Below are positions 9,298 to 18,153 of a stretch of DNA of 35,501 bases, one piece after another. Both the position numbers and the translations under genes were made by a program. Every line of letters begins with the position of its first letter. Positions within the stretch are counted from its first letter, which is position 1. Location: contig JBDRHK010000022.1 of NCBI GenBank assembly GCA_043816965.1, forward strand, positions 1 through 35,501, in the 5' to 3' direction. This stretch comes from Candidatus Iainarchaeum sp. (GTDB lineage Archaea > Iainarchaeota > Iainarchaeia > Iainarchaeales > JAFCCJ01). Under the pieces are notes generated by a model, which saw only the letters and a list, made by a program, of their open reading frames with translations, searched no databases and was not told the origin of the DNA.

Positions 9298-9840
9298 TTA
9301 TTTTTTGATTACTAAAAAATATGCAGCTGCTGCAACAATAATCAGAACCACGACAACAATAACTACAAGGGTTAAATCAAGGCCTGCTCCGCCGGTTCCG
9401 GTATTGGTAGGGTTAACAGTTGGGGTGGACTGTACTGCATTAGGATTCCCAAGCTTCACGCCGCTTACCGATAAGCCCTTGTCCCCGTCACCAATTTCCT
9501 TGAAATTAATTTTAAGCAAAATTCCGTCACCGTTTACTCCTGGAACTTTACCGGTTTTTGTGACCACAAAATTTTTCAGAAGACCAGGGGTATCGGTGTT
9601 GGCTGTTTTGAAATAGACTCCTGCAGAATCTCCTCCTGAAATAAGTCCACCTTCTTCCGCATTCACAAATTCAAGTGCAGCGGAATTGTAATTAACATTC
9701 AGTTGGAAACCATAAAGATCTTCAGCTCCTGAAACAGAAATTGTAAGTACCCCATTTGAATAGTCCGAACTTACCTCAGACGCAGAAACTGCCGAAAGCA
9801 GGAAAAAAATCGAAACAATAATCAAAAGTCTTTTCATCAT
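9298..9840 (-). CDS. Membrane-anchored single cohesin-domain protein
   Basis: Signal peptide. LYGFQLNVNYNSAALEFVNAEEG...GDGILLKINFK is cohesin-like. Thr/Pro linker and C-terminal TM ending KK. Confidence 0.78.
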   Translation of the reverse strand: MMKRLLIIVSIFFLLSAVSASEVSSDYSNGVLTISVSGAEDLYGFQLNVNYNSAALEFVNAEEGGLISGGDSAGVYFKTANTDTPGLLKNFVVTKTGKVPGVNGDGILLKINFKEIGDGDKGLSVSGVKLGNPNAVQSTPTVNPTNTGTGGAGLDLTLVVIVVVVLIIVAAAAYFLVIKK

Positions 9841-9845
9841 ATCAC

Positions 9846-10361
9846 CTAGGTATAGTTATTTGCTACAAGTATCACATCACTAATATCAACAACACCATCA
9901 CAATTGGCGTCCCCTGTTGCGTCATAATAAGCCAAATCCCCCCTGGTAGCTGCCATAATCAAATCCAAAACATTAACTTCCCCGTCGCCTGTCAAGTCAT
10001 TTGTCTCAACACAGGCTGCTGTGCATGTCCCTGCCTGGCATGTCCCGGTGCAGCAGTATTCCCCCGAACTGCAAGTATCTGATCCGCAGCTGCAGGACAC
10101 TGTTGCCTGTGCCTGGTCAGTACAAGTTGGAAGGGTACAAGACGAAGTCTGATATCCTGCGGCACAGCAGTAGCCGCTTGTATAAGTAGAACCATTACAA
10201 ACACATTCCGCGGTAATTTGCGTCCCTATTGTACAGGCCGGAGTTCCGGAAGGGGTTATTGTCACCCTGTAGGTGTCAGCTGCCCCGTATGCGATAATAG
10301 ATATTAATAAAATCCCGACAATAAATTTTCTAAACATCATAATTCTATACATCTTTCTCAT
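9846..10361 (-). CDS. Secreted Cys-rich protein with C-terminal dockerin
   Basis: Duplicated Ca-binding segments DLTGDGEVNVLDL and GDANCDGVVDISDVILV. Signal peptide and two CxC..YCC modules. Start uncertain (several Met). Confidence 0.78.
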   Translation of the reverse strand: MRKMYRIMMFRKFIVGILLISIIAYGAADTYRVTITPSGTPACTIGTQITAECVCNGSTYTSGYCCAAGYQTSSCTLPTCTDQAQATVSCSCGSDTCSSGEYCCTGTCQAGTCTAACVETNDLTGDGEVNVLDLIMAATRGDLAYYDATGDANCDGVVDISDVILVANNYT

Positions 10362-10446
10362 TTATATAATTATCTATTACCTCCGGAATTTTAGCCAAAA
10401 AATGCCCAAGAAAAACTTTAAATACAAGGTAATCCTATTTGTTTAG

Positions 10447-10869
10447 GTGATTTTGTTGAGAAGAATAATGTTTTTCAGAGTTGCGGGAAAGAATGTCCAT
10501 CTCCCCAGGCTTATAGGCGCATTTATTTTGGTTGCGGCTGTGCTTATGTTTGTTAAGGCAAGTGCAGTAATGATTGAGTCCTGGGACACAATGAAATTTA
10601 TAAATGAGGATTGCCTCTCAACGGCGGACAAGTATTCCTTTGATGACTGCGGCAATATTGCGGCCTCAATGGAGGTAACTCTCAGGCCTGACCAGGCAGA
10701 ATTAACGCAAAAACAGATATGGAGCGCGTTGCTCGGCCCTATTGCGTCAATGTTCTTTTGGGTAGCTATTCTTGCCCTTGGCCTGGTTATCTACAAAACC
10801 GGGGAATTGGTAATACCTATAGAGGAAACCGTGAAGGAAATTCCTGAAAAAAAGAAGAAAAAAGGGTAA
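10447..10869 (+). CDS. Hypothetical two-TM membrane protein
   Basis: Two hydrophobic segments around a loop with 2 Cys. Lys-rich tail. Start may be 10468. Confidence 0.65.
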   Translation: MILLRRIMFFRVAGKNVHLPRLIGAFILVAAVLMFVKASAVMIESWDTMKFINEDCLSTADKYSFDDCGNIAASMEVTLRPDQAELTQKQIWSALLGPIASMFFWVAILALGLVIYKTGELVIPIEETVKEIPEKKKKKG

Positions 10870-10871
10870 GA

Positions 10872-12338
10872 TTAAGCGGCAATTGTAATTGCCTTTACCT
10901 TACCATTTTCAACTTTTGCCCTTTTCATCCCAACAAGGTATTCTACCTTATTTTTGTCGGCAGCTTCGATAAGCCTTTTGGTTATTATGCCGTCGAACAC
11001 AACTGAATTTACTCCCTTGGCTTCGCCCAGGGCCTTTACCAAGCTCCTTACAGGCACCTCTTTCAGTTCCTTCATCTTCTTGTCAAAGAGCTTTGCCTTG
11101 AGTTTGCCGTTTACGGTTTTCAGTATTGGCGAAAACATTTCCCGTTCCTCAATGCTTGGTTTCAGTTCCTTGAACTTCTCGCCAACCTCATCCTCAAAAG
11201 GATTCCTGCCCCCAAATGCAGAGCCTTCTTGAGAATCACTAAATGCCGGCACTCTTGGAGCGCGTCTCTCAAATGGCGGCCTTAAAGCGCTTCTTCCAAA
11301 TGGTGCTCTTGGGCCGCTATCCCTGAAACCAGAGTAGGGTCTGCTGTCCCTTGGTCCGGAATATGGCGTCCTATCTCCTGAATCGGAGTATGGTCTGCTA
11401 TCCCTAGATCCTGAGTATGGCCTACTATCTCCAGAGCCAGAGTATGGCGCCCTTGTGCCAGGAGTTCTCGGACGAGAGTAACTTCTTTCGCCGTAAGGCC
11501 TTTCCACTCTCTTGTAATCAGATCTCATTGGTTTAGAATCTTTTCTCCTCAGCGAAAGAATTATTTCCTTCCTGGTTAGTTCTTCAACCTCTTTTCCGTC
11601 AGGGGCTACAGCAACAAAATCAACCTTTACCATCTGCTGAAGTTTCCTTGCGTTTAATTCTCCCCCTCTGTCACCGTCAACAAATGCGGTGACTTCCTTG
11701 CCTTTGCAAAGCTTCACAATGTCCTGGGAAATGTTGGAACCGTTCATCCCAACAACATTGTTTATGTTATTCTTGAGAAGGTTAAGTACATCAGCCCTTC
11801 CCTCAACAATAATCAGTTCCTGCTGCCTCTCAATATCAGGCCCGCAAGGAATCTTGTCTTTGCCATAGCTTCTTATGTCTGCCGCGCGCGCATTCTCCCT
11901 GACAGATTCTGCCATTTGAGTACTGTCCGGCATCTGCGTTGACATTAAATTCTTCAGCAAATCCTTTGCCCTTAGGGCAATTGCATCCCTCTTTGCGGAA
12001 CGTACGTCGTCCAAACCTTTAATTTCAAATTTAGCTGCGCAAGGCCCGACCTTATCCACGGTTTCAATAGTTGCCGCCAGCATGCTGGTCTCTGCCATGT
12101 CCATGGAACTTGGGACTGTAAGTGTTCCCTTGGTTTTTCCCATCGCGGATTTGGTCGTAATTTCAATCCTTCCAATTTTACCATTTCTTTGGAGTTCCTT
12201 AAGGTCCATCTCTTCACCGAGAAGGCCTTCACTCTGCCCAAAAATCGCGCCAATAATATCTGGCTTGTCAACTATCCCGTCAATTTCAAAATCTTCTGTA
12301 ATTAAGTATTTGGCGGTATTTACATATGTTTTTGCCAT
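10872..12338 (-). CDS. dnaG: Archaeal DnaG (TOPRIM, exosome-associated)
   Basis: VDKPDIIGAIFGQSEGLLG, IIVEGRADVLNL, AFVDGDRGG, APDGKEVEEL and VFDGIIT. Confidence 0.96.
   Translation of the reverse strand: MAKTYVNTAKYLITEDFEIDGIVDKPDIIGAIFGQSEGLLGEEMDLKELQRNGKIGRIEITTKSAMGKTKGTLTVPSSMDMAETSMLAATIETVDKVGPCAAKFEIKGLDDVRSAKRDAIALRAKDLLKNLMSTQMPDSTQMAESVRENARAADIRSYGKDKIPCGPDIERQQELIIVEGRADVLNLLKNNINNVVGMNGSNISQDIVKLCKGKEVTAFVDGDRGGELNARKLQQMVKVDFVAVAPDGKEVEELTRKEIILSLRRKDSKPMRSDYKRVERPYGERSYSRPRTPGTRAPYSGSGDSRPYSGSRDSRPYSDSGDRTPYSGPRDSRPYSGFRDSGPRAPFGRSALRPPFERRAPRVPAFSDSQEGSAFGGRNPFEDEVGEKFKELKPSIEEREMFSPILKTVNGKLKAKLFDKKMKELKEVPVRSLVKALGEAKGVNSVVFDGIITKRLIEAADKNKVEYLVGMKRAKVENGKVKAITIAA
11313..11447 (-). 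repeat. 5 x 27-nt tandem repeat in dnaG (PYSGxRDSR-like)
   Basis: PYSGSGDSR/PYSGSRDSR/PYSDSGDRT/PYSGPRDSR/PYSGFRDSG. Confidence 0.88.
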
Positions 12339-12366
12339 TCAAAACCACTTCCTGCATTTCTTAGAA

Positions 12367-12666
12367 TCAGAGCCTGCTCAAGAGGCCAAGTTTTTCCAGG
12401 ATTTCTTTTTTGGTTAGTTTTACCAAAACTTTTTTGTGCCTGCTCTTTTCGCCTGAAACAATTCTTGTTTCGGCCTTGAACAGTTTTTTGAGTTCTTTCT
12501 GAACTTCCTTATTGGCCCTTCCTTCGAGGGCCTTTTCCCGGCACCGGATTTTCAGTTCCTGGCTCCATTCATCTGTTCCGGAAATTTCAAATTTCCCGGA
12601 GTTTGGAACCACTGAAATGCTTAAAACAGTGCCGTCCTCAATTTCCTTTAATTTTGGTTTAATCAT
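12367..12666 (-). CDS. DUF167 (YggU-like) protein
   Basis: ISVVPNS...ALEGRANKE...IVSGEKSRHK. Likely start MIKPK. Confidence 0.88.
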   Translation of the reverse strand: MIKPKLKEIEDGTVLSISVVPNSGKFEISGTDEWSQELKIRCREKALEGRANKEVQKELKKLFKAETRIVSGEKSRHKKVLVKLTKKEILEKLGLLSRL

Positions 12667-12806
12667 GAACTTTAAATTCAAAATAAATCCTTTTAAACCT
12701 GTAAACCTGTTAAAAAAGCATTAAAATGCTCTAATTCTATACATAATAACCGCCGCAAAGGTATATTAATATAACCCTTTAAACAGGATTTTCATTGGGT
12801 ATCGGA

Positions 12807-13211
12807 ATGGCGAATTATAATAAGGGGGCAAATGCAGAAAGGGAATTAATTCACAAATTATGGGATAAGGGCTTTGCAGTTACCAGAACTGCCGGAAGTG
12901 GCTCCACACCCCTTCCTGCGCCTGATTTGGTTGCCTTGGGAAAAACCAAAAAACTCGCCTTTGAATGCAAGGCATGGAAATCCTCTTACCTCTCATTAGA
13001 TATTGCCCAAATGGAGGAGCAAATGGAATGGTGCGAAAGGGGGGATGCTGAACTCTACATCGCCTGGAAAGTGCCCAGAGAAGGATGGCTATTTCTGCAC
13101 CCTAAACACTTCAACAAAACTCCGAAATTCTATTATATTTCCCGCAAAACCGCAGACAAAAATGCGGTGAAATTAGAGGTAATTTTGGGGCAGCAGGCGA
13201 CGCTGAAATAG
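12807..13211 (+). CDS. hjc: Holliday junction resolvase Hjc
   Basis: KGANAERELI, RTAGSG, PDLVA, FECK. ATG at 12807. Confidence 0.93.
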   Translation: MANYNKGANAERELIHKLWDKGFAVTRTAGSGSTPLPAPDLVALGKTKKLAFECKAWKSSYLSLDIAQMEEQMEWCERGDAELYIAWKVPREGWLFLHPKHFNKTPKFYYISRKTADKNAVKLEVILGQQATLK

Positions 13212-13265
13212 GTTGGGAAAAACCTTAATAAAGCTCCAGCACATAATACTAATGGAGAGGGAAAA

Positions 13266-13397
13266 ATGATCGAATTGGAAGTTATAATTAACGAAATTAA
13301 CAGGCTTTATGAGAATGAGAAGGGCTTAAGGAACAGAATCCACCTTGAGCAGTCGCTTGACGCCCTCAAGAAATATGAGCAATTAAGGCAGATTTAA
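13266..13397 (+). CDS. Small hypothetical protein (43 aa), below ORF-track cutoff
   Basis: MIELEVIINEINRLYENEKGLRNRIHLEQSLDALKKYEQLRQI. Preceded by GGAGAGG and an AT-rich promoter-like tract. Fills the intergenic gap. Confidence 0.5.
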   Translation: MIELEVIINEINRLYENEKGLRNRIHLEQSLDALKKYEQLRQI

Positions 13398-13398
13398 A

Positions 13399-14148
13399 CT
13401 ATTTTTTCCTTGCAACAAGGATGATGAAACCAAGTTTGGCTACATCCTGCCTTTGAGGATATTTTTCAGCATTATGGTGTGGTGTTAAATGTTCGATCTC
13501 GAATCCATTTTTATTATCTAGAAATTCTATGAGCTCAGAATTCTCTTTCACGCCCCTTTCAGAAAACCGCTCACTAATTCCCCGCCCAGGTTTATTCAGG
13601 ATTATAATTCTTCCTCCTGGTTTGAGATATTTTGAGAGACTAGAAACAACTGTCCTAAAATCAATATAATTAAGAATATCTGAAAAAAGTATGGAATCAA
13701 CAGGAGCAGCTTTTTTCTTTGGATCCAAACCCAAAAACTCGGCTATAAGAGCCATTCGTTTCTTTTGGTCAGGTGAATCAAGCTCAAGCCGTTCAATATC
13801 TGCCTGAATCTCCATTATTTCTTCCGACAGCTTTCGAGAACTGGGTGCAGCTACATCAACCCGAATTATTTTCTTCCCTTTAGTAGGATAATAAATTACA
13901 CTTTTGGGATTCTCGGATTTTCCCCTTTCGAGTGCAGCACTTCCAACGTCAATAATAACTTTCCCTAGGCGATTGCAGGAATCCAATTTTTTTAGAAACG
14001 GAATAATGTCATATTTTGTAAAAAAAGAATCATGTTCATTTCGAAAATCAGGCCCCCAAATTTTTCTTCTATTCCGATGGGCAATAACTTTTTTCCTCCT
14101 TAAGATAGCCTGTTTCATCCTTTCATTATTACCCTTCTTTTTGAGCAT
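13399..14148 (-). CDS. Class I SAM-dependent methyltransferase-like protein
   Basis: IIDVGS, IIRVD, QADIE, DILNYID, YLKPGGRIII, LVARK. Confidence 0.72.
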   Translation of the reverse strand: MLKKKGNNERMKQAILRRKKVIAHRNRRKIWGPDFRNEHDSFFTKYDIIPFLKKLDSCNRLGKVIIDVGSAALERGKSENPKSVIYYPTKGKKIIRVDVAAPSSRKLSEEIMEIQADIERLELDSPDQKKRMALIAEFLGLDPKKKAAPVDSILFSDILNYIDFRTVVSSLSKYLKPGGRIIILNKPGRGISERFSERGVKENSELIEFLDNKNGFEIEHLTPHHNAEKYPQRQDVAKLGFIILVARKK

Positions 14149-14187
14149 AGAAAGAGTAAATAACTAAAAAATTAAATATTGGACCAT

Positions 14188-14841
14188 TCAAATAACAGTC
14201 GCCACAAACAGGAAAGTGACGCCAATAAACGCCACCAACACCATCATTATTACAGAATCGATTGCAATTTCGCCTGAAAATGTGGTGAAGAAAAAGTAAA
14301 AGTCAAGAAGGCAGAATGCCAGCCCGAGAACAAGGAGAGTGTAGCTTGCAATCTTGTTCCTCTGCCCGATTCCCTTCAGCTTAACCTCATCCATATCTGC
14401 CTGAGTCTGCCCAACGGCCTCGCCCAGTTCATTAAGCTTTCCCCTGACCCTGTCACTTAGTTCCGCCACCCTTCTCACAGTATCGTTTATCTGGTCCTGG
14501 AAGGTCTGGCTTTGGCCAGTTATGTCGCGCTCATATTTTTTGACATCCTCCATTATTGCGGACTCAATTAAATCCTTGCTTTTCATTGCCTGGCTCCTTG
14601 CCTCGGTTTCAATGAATTTCTGGAGGTTTATTTTCTCCTTTCCCAGGTCTTCAGTAACAATCTTGGAAATCTCATTCTTAAGCAGGGCAAAGGTATCTGC
14701 CTGCCCCAATAAAAGCAGCCTTTTCGCCTTTGCAGGCTCAACACCCAAATCCGTAAGGCTGTGGATTATCTCCTGCTCATCGGCACCCTCAGAGACCATC
14801 TTCTGGATTATTTCAATAATGCTTGTTTCAGTCTTAGCCAT
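14188..14841 (-). CDS. Coiled-coil protein with two C-terminal TM helices
   Basis: Helical, charged N-terminal region and hydrophobic C-terminus. Coupled to the upstream ORF. Confidence 0.7.
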   Translation of the reverse strand: MAKTETSIIEIIQKMVSEGADEQEIIHSLTDLGVEPAKAKRLLLLGQADTFALLKNEISKIVTEDLGKEKINLQKFIETEARSQAMKSKDLIESAIMEDVKKYERDITGQSQTFQDQINDTVRRVAELSDRVRGKLNELGEAVGQTQADMDEVKLKGIGQRNKIASYTLLVLGLAFCLLDFYFFFTTFSGEIAIDSVIMMVLVAFIGVTFLFVATVI

Positions 14842-15536
14842 TACTCTATTACCTCGATAGTTATAGGAGTAAGATTATCCTCGAATAATTCATTAAAATG
14901 TTGAACCTTCACATTAAAATAAATTGTGGTTGCCCCTATCTGCGTAGGAGTTAGGGTATAAATGATATTTTCACAATCCTCCGCCTTTAAGTCAATCACA
15001 TCTATCCTGTCCCTTTCAAGGAAATATGCTTCAGAATGGCTTTCAGTGACCGTAATGTTGTTGAGGTCTATGGACCTGTTGCAAAGGCTGAGGCTCATGG
15101 TAAAATTTCTGCCGACAAATGCCCTGTCAGGTGAACTTAATGTGGGCTCAAAATCAATTTCTTTTCCCTGCACCCCAAAAGCCCTTGACACTGTTTGGTG
15201 AAAAGGGGCATCAAGAATCACCTTGATGTTTTTAACGCCAATAGGTGGAAAATAATTCACATAGAAATTCCCATCCGGCTTAAGGACCGCTATTTTATCC
15301 AGCTCCTTCACAACTCCCTTTTCCTCAACCTTTATTGAAATATCCTTTATAATGTGCAGGGATTGGTTTTCAACATATATCCTGTATGACTGTTCTGCCT
15401 CATTGTATTTGAGGCCGGCCTCCATGCCAAAATTCCCAAACAGCAGATATAACAGGAAAATTCCGAAGATAACATAGATTACCATAAAGATTGTGAAAAT
15501 CCTTTTCTTTGCCTGAGGAATCATAATATCCGCCAC
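14841..15536 (-). CDS. Membrane-anchored protein with Ig-like beta domains
   Basis: N-terminal TM and a beta-rich extracellular part. Confidence 0.65.
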   Translation of the reverse strand: MADIMIPQAKKRIFTIFMVIYVIFGIFLLYLLFGNFGMEAGLKYNEAEQSYRIYVENQSLHIIKDISIKVEEKGVVKELDKIAVLKPDGNFYVNYFPPIGVKNIKVILDAPFHQTVSRAFGVQGKEIDFEPTLSSPDRAFVGRNFTMSLSLCNRSIDLNNITVTESHSEAYFLERDRIDVIDLKAEDCENIIYTLTPTQIGATTIYFNVKVQHFNELFEDNLTPITIEVIE

Positions 15537-15557
15537 AAATTATTGTTTTCATACTAT

Positions 15558-16313
15558 TTAAATCTTCAATTTTCCCTTTTGCCAGTCGTTAAGGAAAAGC
15601 CTTGCCGCAACCTCGGAATCCGGAATTCCTCCCCTAAGGAGCCTTTTCTTTTTCACAGCAATTCCCTCAAGAACTTCCTCTGCAGTAACACCTTCCACGC
15701 CATAAAATTCCTTAAGAACTTCCGGATTCTCGTGCAGGATAAACCTAAGCACATATTCCGCAGCCCCAACCACATTCTTGAGCTGGTTTGCATTTCTTGA
15801 GCCAATCAATGTTAGTTTCCTTTCATCAACCTCATCATAAGGAATAACCCCCGGAGAATCCATGAGCATAATTTTTTCGCTTATTTTAACCATCTGTTCC
15901 CCCTTTGTAAAGCCCGCGCTGCTTGAGGTTTTCGCCGCCTTCTTTCCCTTTAGATAATTTATCACACTGCTTTTTCCTGTGTTTGGGTAGCCAACAACAC
16001 CGACCTTGACCTTCCCACTCCCGCTTTTCTTCCCTATAAATTCCCTAAGCTTCCCGCTCCCGATTCTTTCCTTTGTGGAAACAAAAACACAGGGAAACTC
16101 TTTAGAAATTTCCTTCTTCAATTTCCCAGCCCTTGCAACAGAAACAAGGTCGCTCTTGTTCAGCACAATCACCAGTTCCTTTCCTGCGCCCCTGACCATT
16201 TGCTCCAGCTGCCTGTTCCTGGTTTCCTCAGGAAACCTTGCGTCAACAATTTCCAGAATCAGGTTGGAGTTTCCGATAATGCCCCTCACCCTCTGCCAAA
16301 ACCCCTTTTTCAT
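15558..16313 (-). CDS. Circularly permuted ribosome-biogenesis GTPase (RbgA/YlqF family)
   Basis: DARFP, NKSD, GYPNTGKSS, T, DSPG in G4-G1-G2-G3 order. Confidence 0.93.
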   Translation of the reverse strand: MKKGFWQRVRGIIGNSNLILEIVDARFPEETRNRQLEQMVRGAGKELVIVLNKSDLVSVARAGKLKKEISKEFPCVFVSTKERIGSGKLREFIGKKSGSGKVKVGVVGYPNTGKSSVINYLKGKKAAKTSSSAGFTKGEQMVKISEKIMLMDSPGVIPYDEVDERKLTLIGSRNANQLKNVVGAAEYVLRFILHENPEVLKEFYGVEGVTAEEVLEGIAVKKKRLLRGGIPDSEVAARLFLNDWQKGKLKI

Positions 16314-16552
16314 AAACTCACCTTAAAAAAATTCCTCAGCAGTGTGAATCCAATCTTCCCCAGATAAAGCCCGCCAAGAATCAAAGCAGCAAAAATCCCC
16401 AAAATCCCGAAGGGATTGTATTCAGTCAGCAAATCAGGAACCAAAAGTATTTCCTGAAAGCTGACAAACATCCCCAGCAACAAAAACCCAAACAGGAATA
16501 TCGCTGCAGCAACCAAAACATAAAGGAATTTATTAATCCATTCCAGATTCAT
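16310..16552 (-). CDS. Small two-TM membrane protein
   Basis: Two hydrophobic helices. ATGA overlap with the GTPase. Confidence 0.65.
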   Translation of the reverse strand: MNLEWINKFLYVLVAAAIFLFGFLLLGMFVSFQEILLVPDLLTEYNPFGILGIFAALILGGLYLGKIGFTLLRNFFKVSL

Positions 16553-16600
16553 CTAAATCAGATAGATAAGGGAATAAGGGAATTTAAGGGTTTGTAAAAC

Positions 16601-17128
16601 CTATTTCTTATTTTTTTTCTTTGGTTTTTTTCTTCGGTTTTTCCAGGCAATTCCTCCGCCTGCGCCAAACCCTATAAGCCCGCCAGGTTTAACTCCCGTT
16701 GGCCAAGTTTCTTTAGCGCCCCTCTTTGCCGCCCCTCCTGCTTTTTTTTTCAATCCTGCCCTGAGTTCGGCTTTTTGAGCCTGTAATTTTTTTACTTGTT
16801 CCAAGGTTCTTGCCCTAACATCATGAAGATTATCAGCAGCTTTGGGATCAGGCCCAAAAGGAGTCCTTCCTCTGAGTTTTGTTTCTTCTCTTAAAGATGT
16901 ATCTGCAAATCTTTGTTTTTCACGAATATCTTGAGATCTTGAACTGATTTCCACTCTTGTTTGGCGAACTACTCTTCCGCCTTCCAGTGCAGCTCCTTTT
17001 GCTCCTGCAATACCTGCACCTATTGCGGCACCTGCAATTGTTACACCCGTAATCGTAAGTGCTGCCTTTGTTTTTGGTCCAAATCTACTCTTCTTCTTTG
17101 TAGACATCCCTGCCGGTTTTCTTGCCAT
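16601..17128 (-). CDS. Hypothetical basic protein with glycine-zipper segments
   Basis: GAAIGAGIAG and GGLIGFGAGGG flank a coiled-coil-like stretch. K/R-rich termini. Confidence 0.6.
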   Translation of the reverse strand: MARKPAGMSTKKKSRFGPKTKAALTITGVTIAGAAIGAGIAGAKGAALEGGRVVRQTRVEISSRSQDIREKQRFADTSLREETKLRGRTPFGPDPKAADNLHDVRARTLEQVKKLQAQKAELRAGLKKKAGGAAKRGAKETWPTGVKPGGLIGFGAGGGIAWKNRRKKPKKKNKK

Positions 17129-17192
17129 TCAATCACACCCCGTAAATGTAATATATTACTTAAGTGCGCCCTGATATATAAATTTAATCAAA

Positions 17193-17543
17193 TCACAATA
17201 ATTTCAATTCCGAGGTAAATTTGTCGATTTCAGGCTCAGGAGCTGGCCCGACACCAACACATGTCGCCTCTCCAGGGGCAATCTGCGTCCTCCCCGCATC
17301 CTTAATCAGCGCAGCAGGAAACAGCTTTTTCAGCTTCTCAAACCATTCAAATAATTCCTTTTTACTGGAAACTTTAAGAACAACTTTCTCCTGGCCGGAA
17401 TTCCTCCATTCCTCAACCCAGCCAGGCTCCTTTTTCAGGGCCTTCTCCAAAGCTGAAACAGAGGCATGCGCAACCTGTGCCGAAGTTTTACCAGGGCTCA
17501 TCTTCAAATCAGTCCTTACTATAATAATCTGCTTGAAATCCAT
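17193..17543 (-). CDS. pth2: Peptidyl-tRNA hydrolase Pth2
   Basis: KQIIIVRTDLKMSPGK..AQVAHA, DAGRTQI, GVGP. Confidence 0.97.
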   Translation of the reverse strand: MDFKQIIIVRTDLKMSPGKTSAQVAHASVSALEKALKKEPGWVEEWRNSGQEKVVLKVSSKKELFEWFEKLKKLFPAALIKDAGRTQIAPGEATCVGVGPAPEPEIDKFTSELKLL

Positions 17544-17569
17544 AGAAATTAATTAGTTGCAGGAACTAT

Positions 17570-18019
17570 TTAAGCGTTTTCCGACGGGATAATTGTCGGA
17601 GTTTCCAATTCTTTCCGAATAATCGGGGTTTCAACTTTTTCATGAATTATAGGGATATCCTCGATCTGGCTTGGGGCCGGCTCCTTAACTTTCACAGGGC
17701 CAAAACCCTTGAACTTCAGTTTCTTCGTAATTCCCTTATCGCCCCACAAAAAGGTAAAGCTAACCGCCTCTCCCAAATTGACCCAAATCTGCTTATTCTG
17801 GGGGTGCTCATAATTTTTCAAAGTGAACTGGTGATGGTATTGGATTAGTGCCCTGTTGCCAGCAATCTTTATCAACCTAAAAACATCCCCATCCAAAGTG
17901 CTCAATGAATCAAAGGACTGGTTTTCATTCACGCCAAATTCCCGTCGTTCGGATTTTTTGCCAAATGGCGGCCTCCAATCAGAGACAATATTATGAACCT
18001 CAAAAAGTGCTTCCATCAA
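17570..18019 (-). CDS. Hypothetical protein
   Basis: 149-aa ORF in line with the minus-strand neighbours. Short C-terminal repeat (ETPII x2). Start uncertain (ATG at 18016). Confidence 0.6.
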   Translation of the reverse strand: MMEALFEVHNIVSDWRPPFGKKSERREFGVNENQSFDSLSTLDGDVFRLIKIAGNRALIQYHHQFTLKNYEHPQNKQIWVNLGEAVSFTFLWGDKGITKKLKFKGFGPVKVKEPAPSQIEDIPIIHEKVETPIIRKELETPTIIPSENA

Positions 18020-18153
18020 AAAGATAAGCCTTAGATGTATTTAAATCTTTCCAAGTGCGAAGGTAATAATCGTTGTTGCCCCCTGCGGAAGGATGACAGC
18101 CGATGCCTGAAACCGACAGATAAATTTATATCTACTCATGGGCCAATCCATTT

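Noticed and set aside
12540..12549. GGCACCGGAT partial match to the 12-mer
   Set aside because: Only 8 contiguous bases match, it is inside a coding region, and there is no BRE/TATA context.
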